From positions 1 through 57,088 of the forward strand of contig JAVRLJ010000001.1 of NCBI GenBank assembly GCA_031961585.1: DNA of 57,088 nucleotides. Direction: 5' to 3'. Below the pieces are notes generated by a model, which was not told the DNA's origin, did not search any database, and was given only the letters and a program-made list of their open reading frames with translations. This document shows positions 19,369 to 28,844 of this stretch, in pieces (within the stretch, counting starts at the first letter, position 1; each line of letters starts with the position of its first letter). Source of the stretch: Thermoplasmatota archaeon. GTDB lineage: Archaea; Thermoplasmatota; Thermoplasmata; Thermoplasmatales; ARK-15. The position numbers and the translations under genes are program-made.

Positions 19369-19464
19369 TGCCGGGGCCGGGGATCGAACCCGGGGCCTTC
19401 GGATATCCCAAGCTCAGTCCAGAACCCTATGAGTCCGACGCTCTACCAGCTGAGCCACCCCGGC
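19369..19464 (-). tRNA. tRNA-Met (anticodon CAU; elongator-like, an Ile2/CAU identity cannot be excluded) with a 23-nt anticodon-loop intron
   Basis: Reverse complement is GCCGGGG-TG-GCTCAGCTGGTAGAGC-G-TCGGA-CTCATA[GGGTTCTGGACTGAGCTTGGGAT]A-TCCGA-AGGCC-CCGGG-TTCGATC-CCCGG-CCCCGGC-A. All stems pair perfectly and the intron sits at the canonical 37/38 position. Confidence 0.9.
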
Positions 19465-20087
19465 TACTGTGTAACCTCTACATTTGTTTCCATTGGTGTT
19501 GAAAGAAGGTTGGATTTTCTTATCTCTATCTTTTTTATGTTGTAAACGGGTTTAACATTTTTTTCTATATCTGAAACTATCTTCTCTGAAAGCATGTATG
19601 TTACAAATTCGTAGAATGATAGATTTGAGCCATTGTTCTGAACGGCCTCAATTATCTTTTTCCTTATTGCTGATTTCAGTGAAGAATTAAGCCTTTTGTC
19701 CGCAATGGCCGTGATCTTCACCCTTATTTTATAACCATCGGTTGTTGTCATTGGGAATATTGCATCTATCCTTGACTTTCTTCTCCTCACAAGCCTTCTT
19801 ATGTAATCCGATGTAACGTCATGGCCGACAAAAACTGTTTTTGCCTGATCCCCTTCAATCTTCACTATTTTGAAAAATAGCTTAACGTAGTCCTTCTTAA
19901 TGTCCCCTGAGATCTGGTAAAGGGTTGTTTCAGCAACCCTACCAATAACCTGCTCTGGAGTTTCGGCCGGAGTTTCAGCTATCTCCTTGGATCCGAAACT
20001 TTCGGGTGTGATTATCTTGTACCACACCTTCGCTCTCCATTTATCCTTGACCTTTTTAGCAGCAGCCCTTTCAGCAACCTTTGGCAT
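19464..20087 (-). CDS. rps3ae: 30S ribosomal protein S3Ae (eS1)
   Basis: ORF end 20096 is GTG; ATG 20087 gives MPKVAERAAAKKVKDKWRAKVWYKIITPESFG, typical of S3Ae. The stop TAG occupies 19464-19466. Confidence 0.92.
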   Translation of the reverse strand: MPKVAERAAAKKVKDKWRAKVWYKIITPESFGSKEIAETPAETPEQVIGRVAETTLYQISGDIKKDYVKLFFKIVKIEGDQAKTVFVGHDVTSDYIRRLVRRRKSRIDAIFPMTTTDGYKIRVKITAIADKRLNSSLKSAIRKKIIEAVQNNGSNLSFYEFVTYMLSEKIVSDIEKNVKPVYNIKKIEIRKSNLLSTPMETNVEVTQ

Positions 20088-20150
20088 ATTAAACACCGTT
20101 TTTGTGAATAAACCAATAAATTAAGATGTTATATAAAACTTTTCAGTTGT

Positions 20151-21212
20151 CTAGATTTCAATCAGATCCTTTTTGGCATGTGTTAAAACAACACCTTCTC
20201 CATCCACAAGAACATCATCCTCTATCCTTATACCACCAAAGTTTTTTATGTAAACCCCGGGTTCAACTGTTACAACCATGCCATTTTCAAGAACAATGTT
20301 TGAATACTGGCTCAATGCAGCGTGATCATGAACAGCAAGACCAACACCATGACCTGTAGAATGAATAAACAATCCCTTGAACTCTGTTGAATCTATAAAA
20401 TCCCTTACATTCTTGTCCACATCAGATCCCTTCACTCCCTTCTTTATTGAATTTATTCCAATTTTCTGTGCCTCAAGGACAATATCGTACATTCTTTTAA
20501 TTTTTTCATCTGCCCTCCCGAATACATAGGTTCTTGTCATATCTGAATTGTATTTCCTGTATTTTGCACCGAAGTCCATGAGGACAATATCCCCTTTCTT
20601 CAATTTCCTTGAACCGCTGAAATAATGAGGTTCTGCGGAATTCTCACCGAATGCAATGATTGGTGTGAATGCATTGTCCTGTGCCCCATTCTTCAAGAGG
20701 AGGTGTGTAAGTTCAGCTGCAAGTTCATATTCTCTCATTCCTTCTTTTATGTAATTTACAATATCTTCTGCCACATCACTTGCAATTTTACATGCCTCTT
20801 TTATTATTTTAATTTCCTCCTGATCCTTAATCATCCTCATTTTTGCTATCCTTTCGTCCACATCAACAAATTCCACATCCTTTAGTAAATTCTTCAGGTG
20901 ATCGTATTCCTTCTTTGATATTGTGCTGAAGGAAATTCCAATTCTTTTCCTGTTTCCAACAATTTCCCTGAGTATATTTTCCTTCTCTTCACTCTTTGTG
21001 AATATTTTCACATCCATACCAGATTTTCTTGCAGATGTTTCCTCAAGCTGGCTTGTAATTATAATTTTCTTTTCTTCTGTCATAAAGAGGTACGATCCCT
21101 CAAAAAGGCCAGAATCAAGCAACCTTGTGAAGTAGAAAAAGTTCAGATCAACAATAGGCTCTCCTTCGTTGTATATCAAAATTCCATCAAGATCATTAAA
21201 AAGTTCATTCAT
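20151..21212 (-). CDS. M24-family Xaa-Pro aminopeptidase/dipeptidase
   Basis: HSTGHGVGLAVHD, GMVVTVEPGVY, GGIRIEDDVLV metal-ligand motifs. ORF end 21227 is TTG; the first ATG is at 21212 (MNELFNDLDG). Confidence 0.88.
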   Translation of the reverse strand: MNELFNDLDGILIYNEGEPIVDLNFFYFTRLLDSGLFEGSYLFMTEEKKIIITSQLEETSARKSGMDVKIFTKSEEKENILREIVGNRKRIGISFSTISKKEYDHLKNLLKDVEFVDVDERIAKMRMIKDQEEIKIIKEACKIASDVAEDIVNYIKEGMREYELAAELTHLLLKNGAQDNAFTPIIAFGENSAEPHYFSGSRKLKKGDIVLMDFGAKYRKYNSDMTRTYVFGRADEKIKRMYDIVLEAQKIGINSIKKGVKGSDVDKNVRDFIDSTEFKGLFIHSTGHGVGLAVHDHAALSQYSNIVLENGMVVTVEPGVYIKNFGGIRIEDDVLVDGEGVVLTHAKKDLIEI

Positions 21213-21392
21213 AATCCTTTTAATCAAAAGGCATATTAAAATTTTTAGTGTATTTTAGCTCTTTAGAAATCTTTAAAAATCGAGCAGTGATCCAAATTTT
21301 GTATTAAACAGAGATCTAGGTTATGAATATTAACTCCTGAAGGGATAAAATTCATTATGAAAATATAAAAATTGCAGAGAATATATAAAATT

Positions 21393-21992
21393 TTATAATT
21401 TATATATAATTTTTTGAAAAACATTCAAAACATCATCAATAACATCCTTCAGGTTTCTGTTTGAATCTATAACCACATAATTTCTCTTTTTTGATAGAAA
21501 TAAATAAAAATTCCTCACCATGGTTAAATATTTCACATCCATTTCAAAGAATTCCTTTTTTCTATTTCCAATTCTTTTTAAACCCATTTCCGGATCAACA
21601 TCAAGATAAACAATCAAGTCCGGTTCTAGACCAAATGGTTCAAAAATTTTCATAATATATTCATAGGATTTTTCCATGGATCCAAGTTTATCCACAAGCT
21701 TTGATCCCTGGTATGCAAGGGTTGAATCGATGAATCTATCACATATCACAATTTCATCCTTTTCAATATGCTCTCTTATCAATTTAAGATGCTCAACCCT
21801 ATCAGCCATAAAGATGAATAACCTTGTAAAATCATCAATATCATTCTCCATAATCTTTTTAACATCGAATAAAATGTTTTTGGGTTCCTCTGTGTAAAAT
21901 ACACTTTTTCCCTTATTTTTCAAATAATCGTAAACATTTTTACCTATTGTTGTCTTGCCTGATCCATCTATACCTTCAAACGTTATGAACAT
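21393..21992 (-). CDS. tmk: Thymidylate kinase
   Basis: MFITFEGIDGSGKTT P-loop, DRFIDSTLAYQG (DR[YF] motif region). 199 aa. Confidence 0.9.
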   Translation of the reverse strand: MFITFEGIDGSGKTTIGKNVYDYLKNKGKSVFYTEEPKNILFDVKKIMENDIDDFTRLFIFMADRVEHLKLIREHIEKDEIVICDRFIDSTLAYQGSKLVDKLGSMEKSYEYIMKIFEPFGLEPDLIVYLDVDPEMGLKRIGNRKKEFFEMDVKYLTMVRNFYLFLSKKRNYVVIDSNRNLKDVIDDVLNVFQKIIYKL

Positions 21993-22048
21993 AATTTATG
22001 AAAATTCATACCATAAAATTAATTTTGTTATAATAAATACCGACCTTT

Positions 22049-23281
22049 ATGGATTATTCTGTAGGAGATTTTGTTGAATTGATAACCAGGAAGGGGGTTT
22101 TTAGAGGATACATTATGCCAAAACATGACTTCAGTTCAGATGATATTTTAATTTTGAAGCTTGAAAATGGATACAATATTGGTTTGAAAAAAAGTGAAAT
22201 TATTGACATTAAATTCATTGAGCATTATGAGTTAAAAAGGAAAGAGATAAGTGTAAAAAAGAATGAAAATGGTAAAAAGATAACAATTCTTGGAACTGGT
22301 GGTACAATAGCAAGTTACATAGATTACAAGACAGGCGCGGTGAAACCTGCTTTAACACCCGATGAACTTCTTTTCGCCGTGCCTGAAATAGGTAATAGAT
22401 ATAACCTTGAAACAAAGGTATTGTTTAACATACTCAGCGAAAATATGAAGGTTGAACACTGGAAGGTAATTGCAAGGGAAATATACAATGCGTTTATGGA
22501 TGGATCCCAGGGTATTCTGATTCCCCATGGAACGGATACAATGGCATTCACATCCGCAGCGTTATCATTTATGCTACAGGATCTTCCAGGTCCTGTTGTA
22601 CTTGTTGGTGCGCAGAGATCATCGGACAGACCGAGCAGTGATGCTCATTTAAATTTACTTGCATCATTCAAGTTGTTTGAGACAGATCTTGGGGAAGTGG
22701 TTGTTGCCATGCATGGGTCCACATCGGATACCTATGTTGATGTTCACAGGGGTGTAAGGGTAAGGAAGATGCACACGAGCAGGAGGGATGCTTTCAAATC
22801 AATAAACAGCGAAATCATTGCAAGGATAAATGAAAATGTGAAGTTTCTCAGTGATTATAAAAAAAGATCGGGCCCGTTGAAACTATACGATAAGATGGAT
22901 GAAAGTGTTGCTTTGATTTACTTTTATCCAAACATGGATACCGATATTCTTGAATACATAGGTTCGAGAAAAAAAGGTATAATAATCGCCGGTACAGGTT
23001 TAGGTCATGTTTCATCCGATACAATAAAAGTTTTGAAGGATCTGATCGATAGTGGTGTTTATGTGGGCATAACATCCCAATGCCTTTACGGTTCAGTAAA
23101 TCTGAATGTTTACTCAACTGGCAGGGAGATGGTGAAGGCAGGTGTGAGACCCCTTGGTGACATGCTTCCTGAGGTGGCATACGTTAAACTTATGTGGGCA
23201 ATGGGTAACTTTCCAGATAATTATGAAAAGATTATGGAAAAAAATATTGCAGGTGAAATTTCAGACAGGAGGGTGAACTGA
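22049..23281 (+). CDS. gatD: Glutamyl-tRNA(Gln) amidotransferase subunit D
   Basis: N-terminal AP-like domain plus asparaginase-type domain with ILGTGGTIAS and HGTDTMAFTSAAL. Immediately followed by gatE. Confidence 0.95.
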   Translation: MDYSVGDFVELITRKGVFRGYIMPKHDFSSDDILILKLENGYNIGLKKSEIIDIKFIEHYELKRKEISVKKNENGKKITILGTGGTIASYIDYKTGAVKPALTPDELLFAVPEIGNRYNLETKVLFNILSENMKVEHWKVIAREIYNAFMDGSQGILIPHGTDTMAFTSAALSFMLQDLPGPVVLVGAQRSSDRPSSDAHLNLLASFKLFETDLGEVVVAMHGSTSDTYVDVHRGVRVRKMHTSRRDAFKSINSEIIARINENVKFLSDYKKRSGPLKLYDKMDESVALIYFYPNMDTDILEYIGSRKKGIIIAGTGLGHVSSDTIKVLKDLIDSGVYVGITSQCLYGSVNLNVYSTGREMVKAGVRPLGDMLPEVAYVKLMWAMGNFPDNYEKIMEKNIAGEISDRRVN

Positions 23282-25102
23282 ATGTTCAGGGCAGGTCTTG
23301 AGATCCATCAACAGCTGGATACAAAGAAACTTTTCTGTTCATGCGATTCATATTTGAGCGATAACGTTCTTGGTGAATTTGTAAGAACTTTAAGACCTGT
23401 ACAGAGCGAACTTGGTGAATATGATGCTGCGGCACTTTTAGAATCAAAAAAGAGCAGGACATTCATTTATCAGATTACTGAGAATTCATGCCTTGTTGAA
23501 ATGGATGAAGAGCCTCCGCATCCCCTAAATATGGATGCGCTGGAAATTGCTATAACCGTTTCATTGTTGCTGCACTGTAAAATAGTTGATGAGGTTCATT
23601 TCATGAGAAAAATTGTTATAGATGGATCAAACACATCGGGTTTTCAGAGGACAGCATTAATAGGCCTTAACGGTTACATTGATACTGAATTTGGAAGAAT
23701 TGATATTCCAACAGTATGTCTTGAGGAGGAAGCTGCAAGGAAAATAGATGAAAAGGAGGGTTATGCTGTTTACAGGCTTGACAGGCTTGGCATTCCATTG
23801 ATTGAAATATCCACAGCCCCACAACTAACAGCACCCGAGCAGGTAAAAAAGGTTGCAGAAATGATTGGTTTTGTTCTGAGATCCACAAAAAGGGTGAAGA
23901 GGGGACTTGGCTCAATAAGGCAGGATCTGAACATATCAATTGATGGCAAAAGGGTTGAGGTGAAGGGTGTTTCAAGGCTAAACCTCCTTGAAAAAATATC
24001 AAGGTATGAAGCGGAAAGGCAAAAAATGTTACTTGATCTTTCAAAGGAATTGAAGGATCTAAAATTTGATTTCAAAGAAGGTGATGTGACCCATATTTTC
24101 AATAACACCAAAAGTAAAATAATCAAAAATGGAATTGAAAATAATAACAGGGTATATGCGCTCTATGTTTCGAACCTTGCAGGTTATTTAAAAAGTGAAA
24201 AATACAGGCTTGGGAAGGAGCTTGCAGAAATAGTAAGGGTTTTGGGCATAGGAGGACTTTTCCATACAGATGAATTACCAGCATATGGAATAACCGAGCA
24301 GGAAGTTAATGATTTGAAAAAATTCTTCAATGCAGGTGAAAGGGATGCGATAATTTTTGTCGTTGCGGATTTAAATAAGGCAAAAACAGCCATATCGATG
24401 CTCATTGAAAGGATAAAAAAGGCAAAGGAGGGAATAACAGAGGAGACAAGGGGTCCAAGGGATGATGGTACAACCGAATTTCTCAGGCCCTTACCTGGAA
24501 GGGAAAGAATGTATCCTGAAACTGATATACCACCAGTAAAAATTACAGAGGAAATGATAGAAAGAATAAGGAAAAATCTTCCAAAGAGTTTTGAGGAAAC
24601 TGTTGAGGAATTCTCAAAGAAATATGGTATATCAAAGCAGCAGGCATACCAGATAATAAACAATGATCTTGATGAAACATTTGTGAAACTCTATGAAATT
24701 TACGGTAACGGTAATGTTATATCAAGAACTTTAATAAACACAATTTCGGAGATTGAAAAGGACGGTTATGATACAACAAAGATTGATGAGGATGTACTTT
24801 CAAAAATATTCCTTTTCCTTAAGAATGGATACATTGTGAAGGATGGAATACCATACATTCTTAGGGATTACATAAAATATGGAAAAAGTATTGATGAAAT
24901 AGTTGAAAATTACAGACCCATGGGTGAGAATGATCTAAGGGAATTAATAAACAAAATAATAAAGGAAAATGAGAGCATAGTTAAAAAAAGTAATGCAAAG
25001 GCAATACTTATGGGAACGGTTATGGAAAAGGTATCAGGAAGGGCGGATGGATCCATGGTTAACAGGATACTTGATGAAATTTTAAAAAATTATTTTAAGT
25101 AA
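23282..25102 (+). CDS. gatE: Glutamyl-tRNA(Gln) amidotransferase subunit E
   Basis: GLEIHQQL N-terminus, GatB/E catalytic core, C-terminal YqeY-like tail. The start directly abuts the gatD stop. Confidence 0.95.
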   Translation: MFRAGLEIHQQLDTKKLFCSCDSYLSDNVLGEFVRTLRPVQSELGEYDAAALLESKKSRTFIYQITENSCLVEMDEEPPHPLNMDALEIAITVSLLLHCKIVDEVHFMRKIVIDGSNTSGFQRTALIGLNGYIDTEFGRIDIPTVCLEEEAARKIDEKEGYAVYRLDRLGIPLIEISTAPQLTAPEQVKKVAEMIGFVLRSTKRVKRGLGSIRQDLNISIDGKRVEVKGVSRLNLLEKISRYEAERQKMLLDLSKELKDLKFDFKEGDVTHIFNNTKSKIIKNGIENNNRVYALYVSNLAGYLKSEKYRLGKELAEIVRVLGIGGLFHTDELPAYGITEQEVNDLKKFFNAGERDAIIFVVADLNKAKTAISMLIERIKKAKEGITEETRGPRDDGTTEFLRPLPGRERMYPETDIPPVKITEEMIERIRKNLPKSFEETVEEFSKKYGISKQQAYQIINNDLDETFVKLYEIYGNGNVISRTLINTISEIEKDGYDTTKIDEDVLSKIFLFLKNGYIVKDGIPYILRDYIKYGKSIDEIVENYRPMGENDLRELINKIIKENESIVKKSNAKAILMGTVMEKVSGRADGSMVNRILDEILKNYFK

Positions 25103-25120
25103 TAATTATTTGTGATAATC

Positions 25121-26896
25121 ATGAAATATGTTCCGGATACATCTGTGATAATAAGCGGTAAGTTTTATGATCTTGTATCAAAGGAAGGAGGGGAGGTGAT
25201 AATACCCGAGGCCGTGATATCGGAGATAGAGGCACAGGCAAACAGGGGATTGATGATAGGTTTCACAGGTTTGAACGAACTTGAAAAAATAATTGATCTT
25301 TACCATAAAAATGTAATAAAATTGTCATTCGGTGGCAAAAGACCTGAAAAGTGGCAGATTGATAGAGCAAAGAGTGGAGAGATTGATGAAATGATAAGGA
25401 ATGTTGCAATGGAAAACAATGCAACACTCGTTACACAGGACTTTATTCAATCAACCGTTGCAAGGATAAAGGGTATAAATGTTATTTACCTTGGTGAAAT
25501 AACAGGTCCAAAGGTAAAGATTGAGGATTTTTTTGATGAAAGCACAATGAGCGTTCATCTAAAGGTGAATACCATTCCCATGGCAAAGAAAGGTTCGCCG
25601 GGAAACTTTCATCTATATCCATTATCAAATTCATCAATAGGTGAGGATGAATTGAACAACATAGCAAACGATATAATAGAAAGGGCAAGGGGTGATGATT
25701 CATATATTGAGTATGAGATGAAGGGTGTTACCGTTGTTCAACTGAAGGAATACAGGATAGTTATAACAAGGAGACCATTCTCTGATGGTCTTGAAATTAC
25801 CGCTGTAAGGCCTATTGTTAAATTTTCAATTGAACATTATGGACTTGATGAAAAATTGCTTAAAAGATTGCTTGAACCATCACGCGGTATTTTAATATCG
25901 GGTGCACCAGGTGCAGGAAAAACAACCTTTGCCCAGGCTGTTGCAGAATTTTATTCAAGGAATGGTAAAGTTGTAAAAACCATGGAAAGGCCAAGGGATC
26001 TGCAGGTTTCAGATGAAATAACACAGTACACGGCCCTTGAGGGAGATATGGAAAAGACAGGAAACATTCTCCTTATGGTAAGACCTGATTACACAATATT
26101 CGATGAGGTAAGGACAACAGAGGATTTCAAGGTTTATGCGGATCTGAGGCTTGCGGGTGTTGGAATGGTTGGTGTTGTCCATTCAACAAGGGCAATTGAT
26201 GCAATACAGAGACTTATTGGAAGGATTGAACTTGGTATGATACCACAGATCGTTGATACTGTTATACACATCCAGGATGGTAAAATTTCAAAGATACTTA
26301 TTCTTGAATATGTTGTGAAGATACCTAGTGGTATGACTGAACAGGATCTTGCGAGACCTGTTATTTTAGTTAAAGACTATTACACAAACAGTGTTGAATA
26401 TGAAATCTATACCTTTGGAGAGGAGGTTGTTGTAATTCCCGTGAAGGAGGAAAGGGGAAAAATAATAGAACTTGCTGAATCCAAGGTTCTGGATCTGATA
26501 AAAAAATATCTAAGAATGCCTGTGAAAGTTAAAATTGTGAACGATAACCTCATGAATCTTTACGTTCCGGAGGATGAAATACCGGAGGTAATAGGAAGGA
26601 AGGGAGCAAACATTGATGAAATAGAGGGAATAATAGGAATGCATATTGAAGTCTATCCTCTTAAGGATGAAAAATTAACAAGGGAAATTATGGTTGAGAA
26701 GAAAAAGGATGTTATATATCTGATTGGTGATGAATCACTCTCGGGTAAAAAGGGTGGTATATATGCTGACAATGAATATCTTTTCAACATTGTTTTCTCA
26801 AAGGATGGTATTGCAAAAATAAAGATAAAGTCAGAACAGGGTAAAAAATTGATGGATGCCCTTATGGATAATAAAAAAATATACTTCAGGGGTTAG
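25121..26896 (+). CDS. PIN domain - PilT/VirB11-like P-loop ATPase - KH domain protein (COG1855-type)
   Basis: ORF 25112 is GTG; ATG 25121 gives [13 protein letters not shown] (PIN acidic N-terminus). Walker [18 protein letters not shown] Walker B-like, and a C-terminal KH with [14 protein letters not shown] (GxxG). Confidence 0.85.
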   Translation: MKYVPDTSVIISGKFYDLVSKEGGEVIIPEAVISEIEAQANRGLMIGFTGLNELEKIIDLYHKNVIKLSFGGKRPEKWQIDRAKSGEIDEMIRNVAMENNATLVTQDFIQSTVARIKGINVIYLGEITGPKVKIEDFFDESTMSVHLKVNTIPMAKKGSPGNFHLYPLSNSSIGEDELNNIANDIIERARGDDSYIEYEMKGVTVVQLKEYRIVITRRPFSDGLEITAVRPIVKFSIEHYGLDEKLLKRLLEPSRGILISGAPGAGKTTFAQAVAEFYSRNGKVVKTMERPRDLQVSDEITQYTALEGDMEKTGNILLMVRPDYTIFDEVRTTEDFKVYADLRLAGVGMVGVVHSTRAIDAIQRLIGRIELGMIPQIVDTVIHIQDGKISKILILEYVVKIPSGMTEQDLARPVILVKDYYTNSVEYEIYTFGEEVVVIPVKEERGKIIELAESKVLDLIKKYLRMPVKVKIVNDNLMNLYVPEDEIPEVIGRKGANIDEIEGIIGMHIEVYPLKDEKLTREIMVEKKKDVIYLIGDESLSGKKGGIYADNEYLFNIVFSKDGIAKIKIKSEQGKKLMDALMDNKKIYFRG

Positions 26897-27387
26897 AATC
26901 TTTTAGCGGATACATCAATTAACCTTTCGAATGATTTGTCCTTCAGCGAATACTGTCTAACCTTAACGTTACTTTCAAGTATAATCAACTTGGCAAGATC
27001 ATCCGGATAACCTTCAGCATAAACAATTTCCTTTATTCCCGCATTTATTATCATTTTTGCGCATACAACGCATGGATGGTTTGTAACGTAAATTGTTGAA
27101 TCCTTAACGCTCACACCATGCATGGCAGCCTGTATGATTGCGTTCTGTTCGGCATGCAAGCCCCTGCAAAGCTCATGCCTTTCACCTGAATTAATGTTAA
27201 GATCATCCCTTATACAGCCTGTAACATCACAGTGTGCAAGCCCTGCAGGAGGACCATTGTAACCTGTTGAAATTGCCCTGTTATCCTTAACAATTATGGC
27301 ACCCACCTTCCTTCTTAAACATGTGGATCTTGTAGCCGCAAGATAAGCCATTCTCATGAAATATTCGTCCCAGTCCGGTCTCTCCAT
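26893..27387 (-). CDS. dCMP deaminase (ComEB/cytidine-deoxycytidylate deaminase family)
   Basis: Zinc motifs HAEQNAI and PCVVCAKMI. 164 aa. Its stop overlaps the convergent upstream-gene stop (TTAG). Confidence 0.9.
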   Translation of the reverse strand: MERPDWDEYFMRMAYLAATRSTCLRRKVGAIIVKDNRAISTGYNGPPAGLAHCDVTGCIRDDLNINSGERHELCRGLHAEQNAIIQAAMHGVSVKDSTIYVTNHPCVVCAKMIINAGIKEIVYAEGYPDDLAKLIILESNVKVRQYSLKDKSFERLIDVSAKRF

Positions 27388-27857
27388 ATTTCAATTTAAA
27401 GGAAAATCATTATTAAAATTTTTGTAGCCAGGTATTTCCGCATAAACTCTGCAAATATCTATATCTTATATTAAAAAATTTTTTCTCCTTGCTTATTTGA
27501 TGAACGAATGGAATTTATTCTTTTGCATATTTATTACTTGCCCTTGCAGATTTTTAATCAGATGTTTTCCATGCTTCTTAATAACACAAACAAAAATGAT
27601 TAAAATTTTGTTAAAAACTGTGAGCTGGAATATTACCTTGATCCATTTCATAAAGATTCAAGAGCTTGGGCTAATGTATTAATATATTTTATGAAGAATG
27701 AAAAAAATACTATTTACAAAAACACGGCAAGTATAGTGGTGAAATGGTTGTGAGAGCCAAAACAACCTATACCCTGAACCTTCGCATTTAAATGCGGAGA
27801 GTATGTCAGAAAAATCCTTTTCCCAAAAATGACTTTTTTTAGGAAGTTTTTATTATT

Positions 27858-28343
27858 CTATTTTTTAGAAATAATAGAATTTTCAATTTCCTTAATGAAT
27901 TGTGAAACATCCACATCAAGATCATTTGCATATATCAGGGCTGCGGTTTCAATTGTAATATATTTCATTCTGGCCTTTATTTTGTTTATTTCGCTGACAA
28001 TTTCATTCTTTCCCTTTCCAGTTTTTTCCTGGAGGTATTCAACTACATTCAAAAATATATCCTTTGTTTCTTTTGTTTCCTGAAAATTCAAAATATCCTC
28101 TGGGGACAGGAAAAAATCTATTGGTATTTCCATACCCTTTGTGCTGAACTGTGAAACATAAATATCATTGTTTTTCTCAAGTAAATGTATCCTGGTGCAA
28201 AGTTCAAGGAATTTGTCAACCATCGATGGCTCAAGCCATCTGCTTTCAAATGAAAGTATTCTTAGGAAATCCTCCCTTTTCAGCTCCTTTTTACCGCATT
28301 TCTTTTCAACGAAAAATATTGCCATCTTTAGATTATCTATCAT
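27858..28343 (-). CDS. DUF2240-like conserved archaeal protein
   Basis: KELKREDFLRILSFESRWLEPSMVDKFLELC...LLEKNNDIYVSQF...MEIPIDF resembles the pattern I recall for DUF2240 proteins (acidic-residue-F-x-x-x-LS-x-x-x-x-W-x-x-P). ATGA overlap with the upstream gene. Confidence 0.6.
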   Translation of the reverse strand: MIDNLKMAIFFVEKKCGKKELKREDFLRILSFESRWLEPSMVDKFLELCTRIHLLEKNNDIYVSQFSTKGMEIPIDFFLSPEDILNFQETKETKDIFLNVVEYLQEKTGKGKNEIVSEINKIKARMKYITIETAALIYANDLDVDVSQFIKEIENSIISKK

Positions 28344-28780
28344 ATTTCCACCAGCTTCCCATCAATCACCCTGAAGTTCCTAACATTTTCAAAATGTATC
28401 GATGATATTATAATTTTGCCACCATTTTCAACAAAAAATTTCAGTGTTTTAAAATCCTCGGATCTTAAAGCAATATCCTCCGTTATTTCAAGTGAATGTT
28501 TTATAACTTTATTTTTTATTCTCTCACCCGACATAACTGCTATCTTCGCACCGGATATAAGGACATCGGAAACATCATTCATCCACCTGGCATTGAATTC
28601 ATACCAGACATCATATACCTTTGATATTTTTGAAAGTATTTTGAAATTAATTTCCTTCCCTTTCAGTGAATCCATGTCTATTACATATATTGTTTTATCC
28701 TTAACGTTCTGGAAAAATTCATCTATTGATTTATAGCCCTCAATTCCTTTTTTTGTTAAATTGAAAACAGGTATTTCCAT
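28340..28780 (-). CDS. Hypothetical protein with HisA/HisF-like (beta-alpha) repeat pattern
   Basis: ORF end 28786 is GTG; ATG 28780 gives MEIPVFNL. TIYVIDMDSLKGKEINFKILSKIS...VLISGAKIAVMSGERI resembles the DLDGA...GA-x-x-V-x-x-G pattern of HisA-related proteins, but the protein is only about 146 aa. Weak call. Confidence 0.4.
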   Translation of the reverse strand: MEIPVFNLTKKGIEGYKSIDEFFQNVKDKTIYVIDMDSLKGKEINFKILSKISKVYDVWYEFNARWMNDVSDVLISGAKIAVMSGERIKNKVIKHSLEITEDIALRSEDFKTLKFFVENGGKIIISSIHFENVRNFRVIDGKLVEI

Positions 28781-28844
28781 GATCACTATGTAAATGAATT
28801 CATTACAAAAATATTTTTAATCCTGAGGATCTATCCTTTATAAA

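Noticed and set aside
16931-19464. Integrated element between hmgA and tRNA-Met (HTH regulator + AAA ATPase)
   Set aside because: The HTH protein looks like the universally conserved archaeal COG1395-type regulator. There is no integrase, no visible tRNA-derived direct repeat and no obvious composition shift.
27497-27682. 61-aa plus-strand ORF (MMNEWNLFFCIFITCPCRF...)
   Set aside because: It has a TTG start, an implausible Cys/Phe-rich composition and no RBS. It is the mirror of a slightly more protein-like minus-strand ORF, and both remain unproven.
27388-27857. 5S rRNA, SRP (7S) RNA, RNase P RNA or a C/D-box sRNA in the large gap (a TGATGA occurs at 27498-27503)
   Set aside because: The region is AT-rich and lacks the conserved GC-rich helices and sequence blocks of those RNAs. 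No CTGA D box occurs at the appropriate distance or on the same strand as the TGATGA.
27858-28786. Toxin-antitoxin interpretation of the overlapping two-gene pair
   Set aside because: Both proteins are larger than typical type II partners. Neither shows a toxin fold (PIN, RelE, MazF, HEPN) or an antitoxin DNA-binding motif that I can recognise.
28793-28804. 12-nt palindrome AATGAATTCATT in the divergent promoter upstream of the S53 peptidase. Other short palindromes: ATCAACC-TGT-GGTTGAT at 379-395 and ATGAACT-N22-AGTTCAT at 11965-12000.
   Set aside because: With arms of 7 bp or less in AT-rich intergenic DNA, these are plausibly chance occurrences. There is no second copy or other supporting context, so they are not reported as features.
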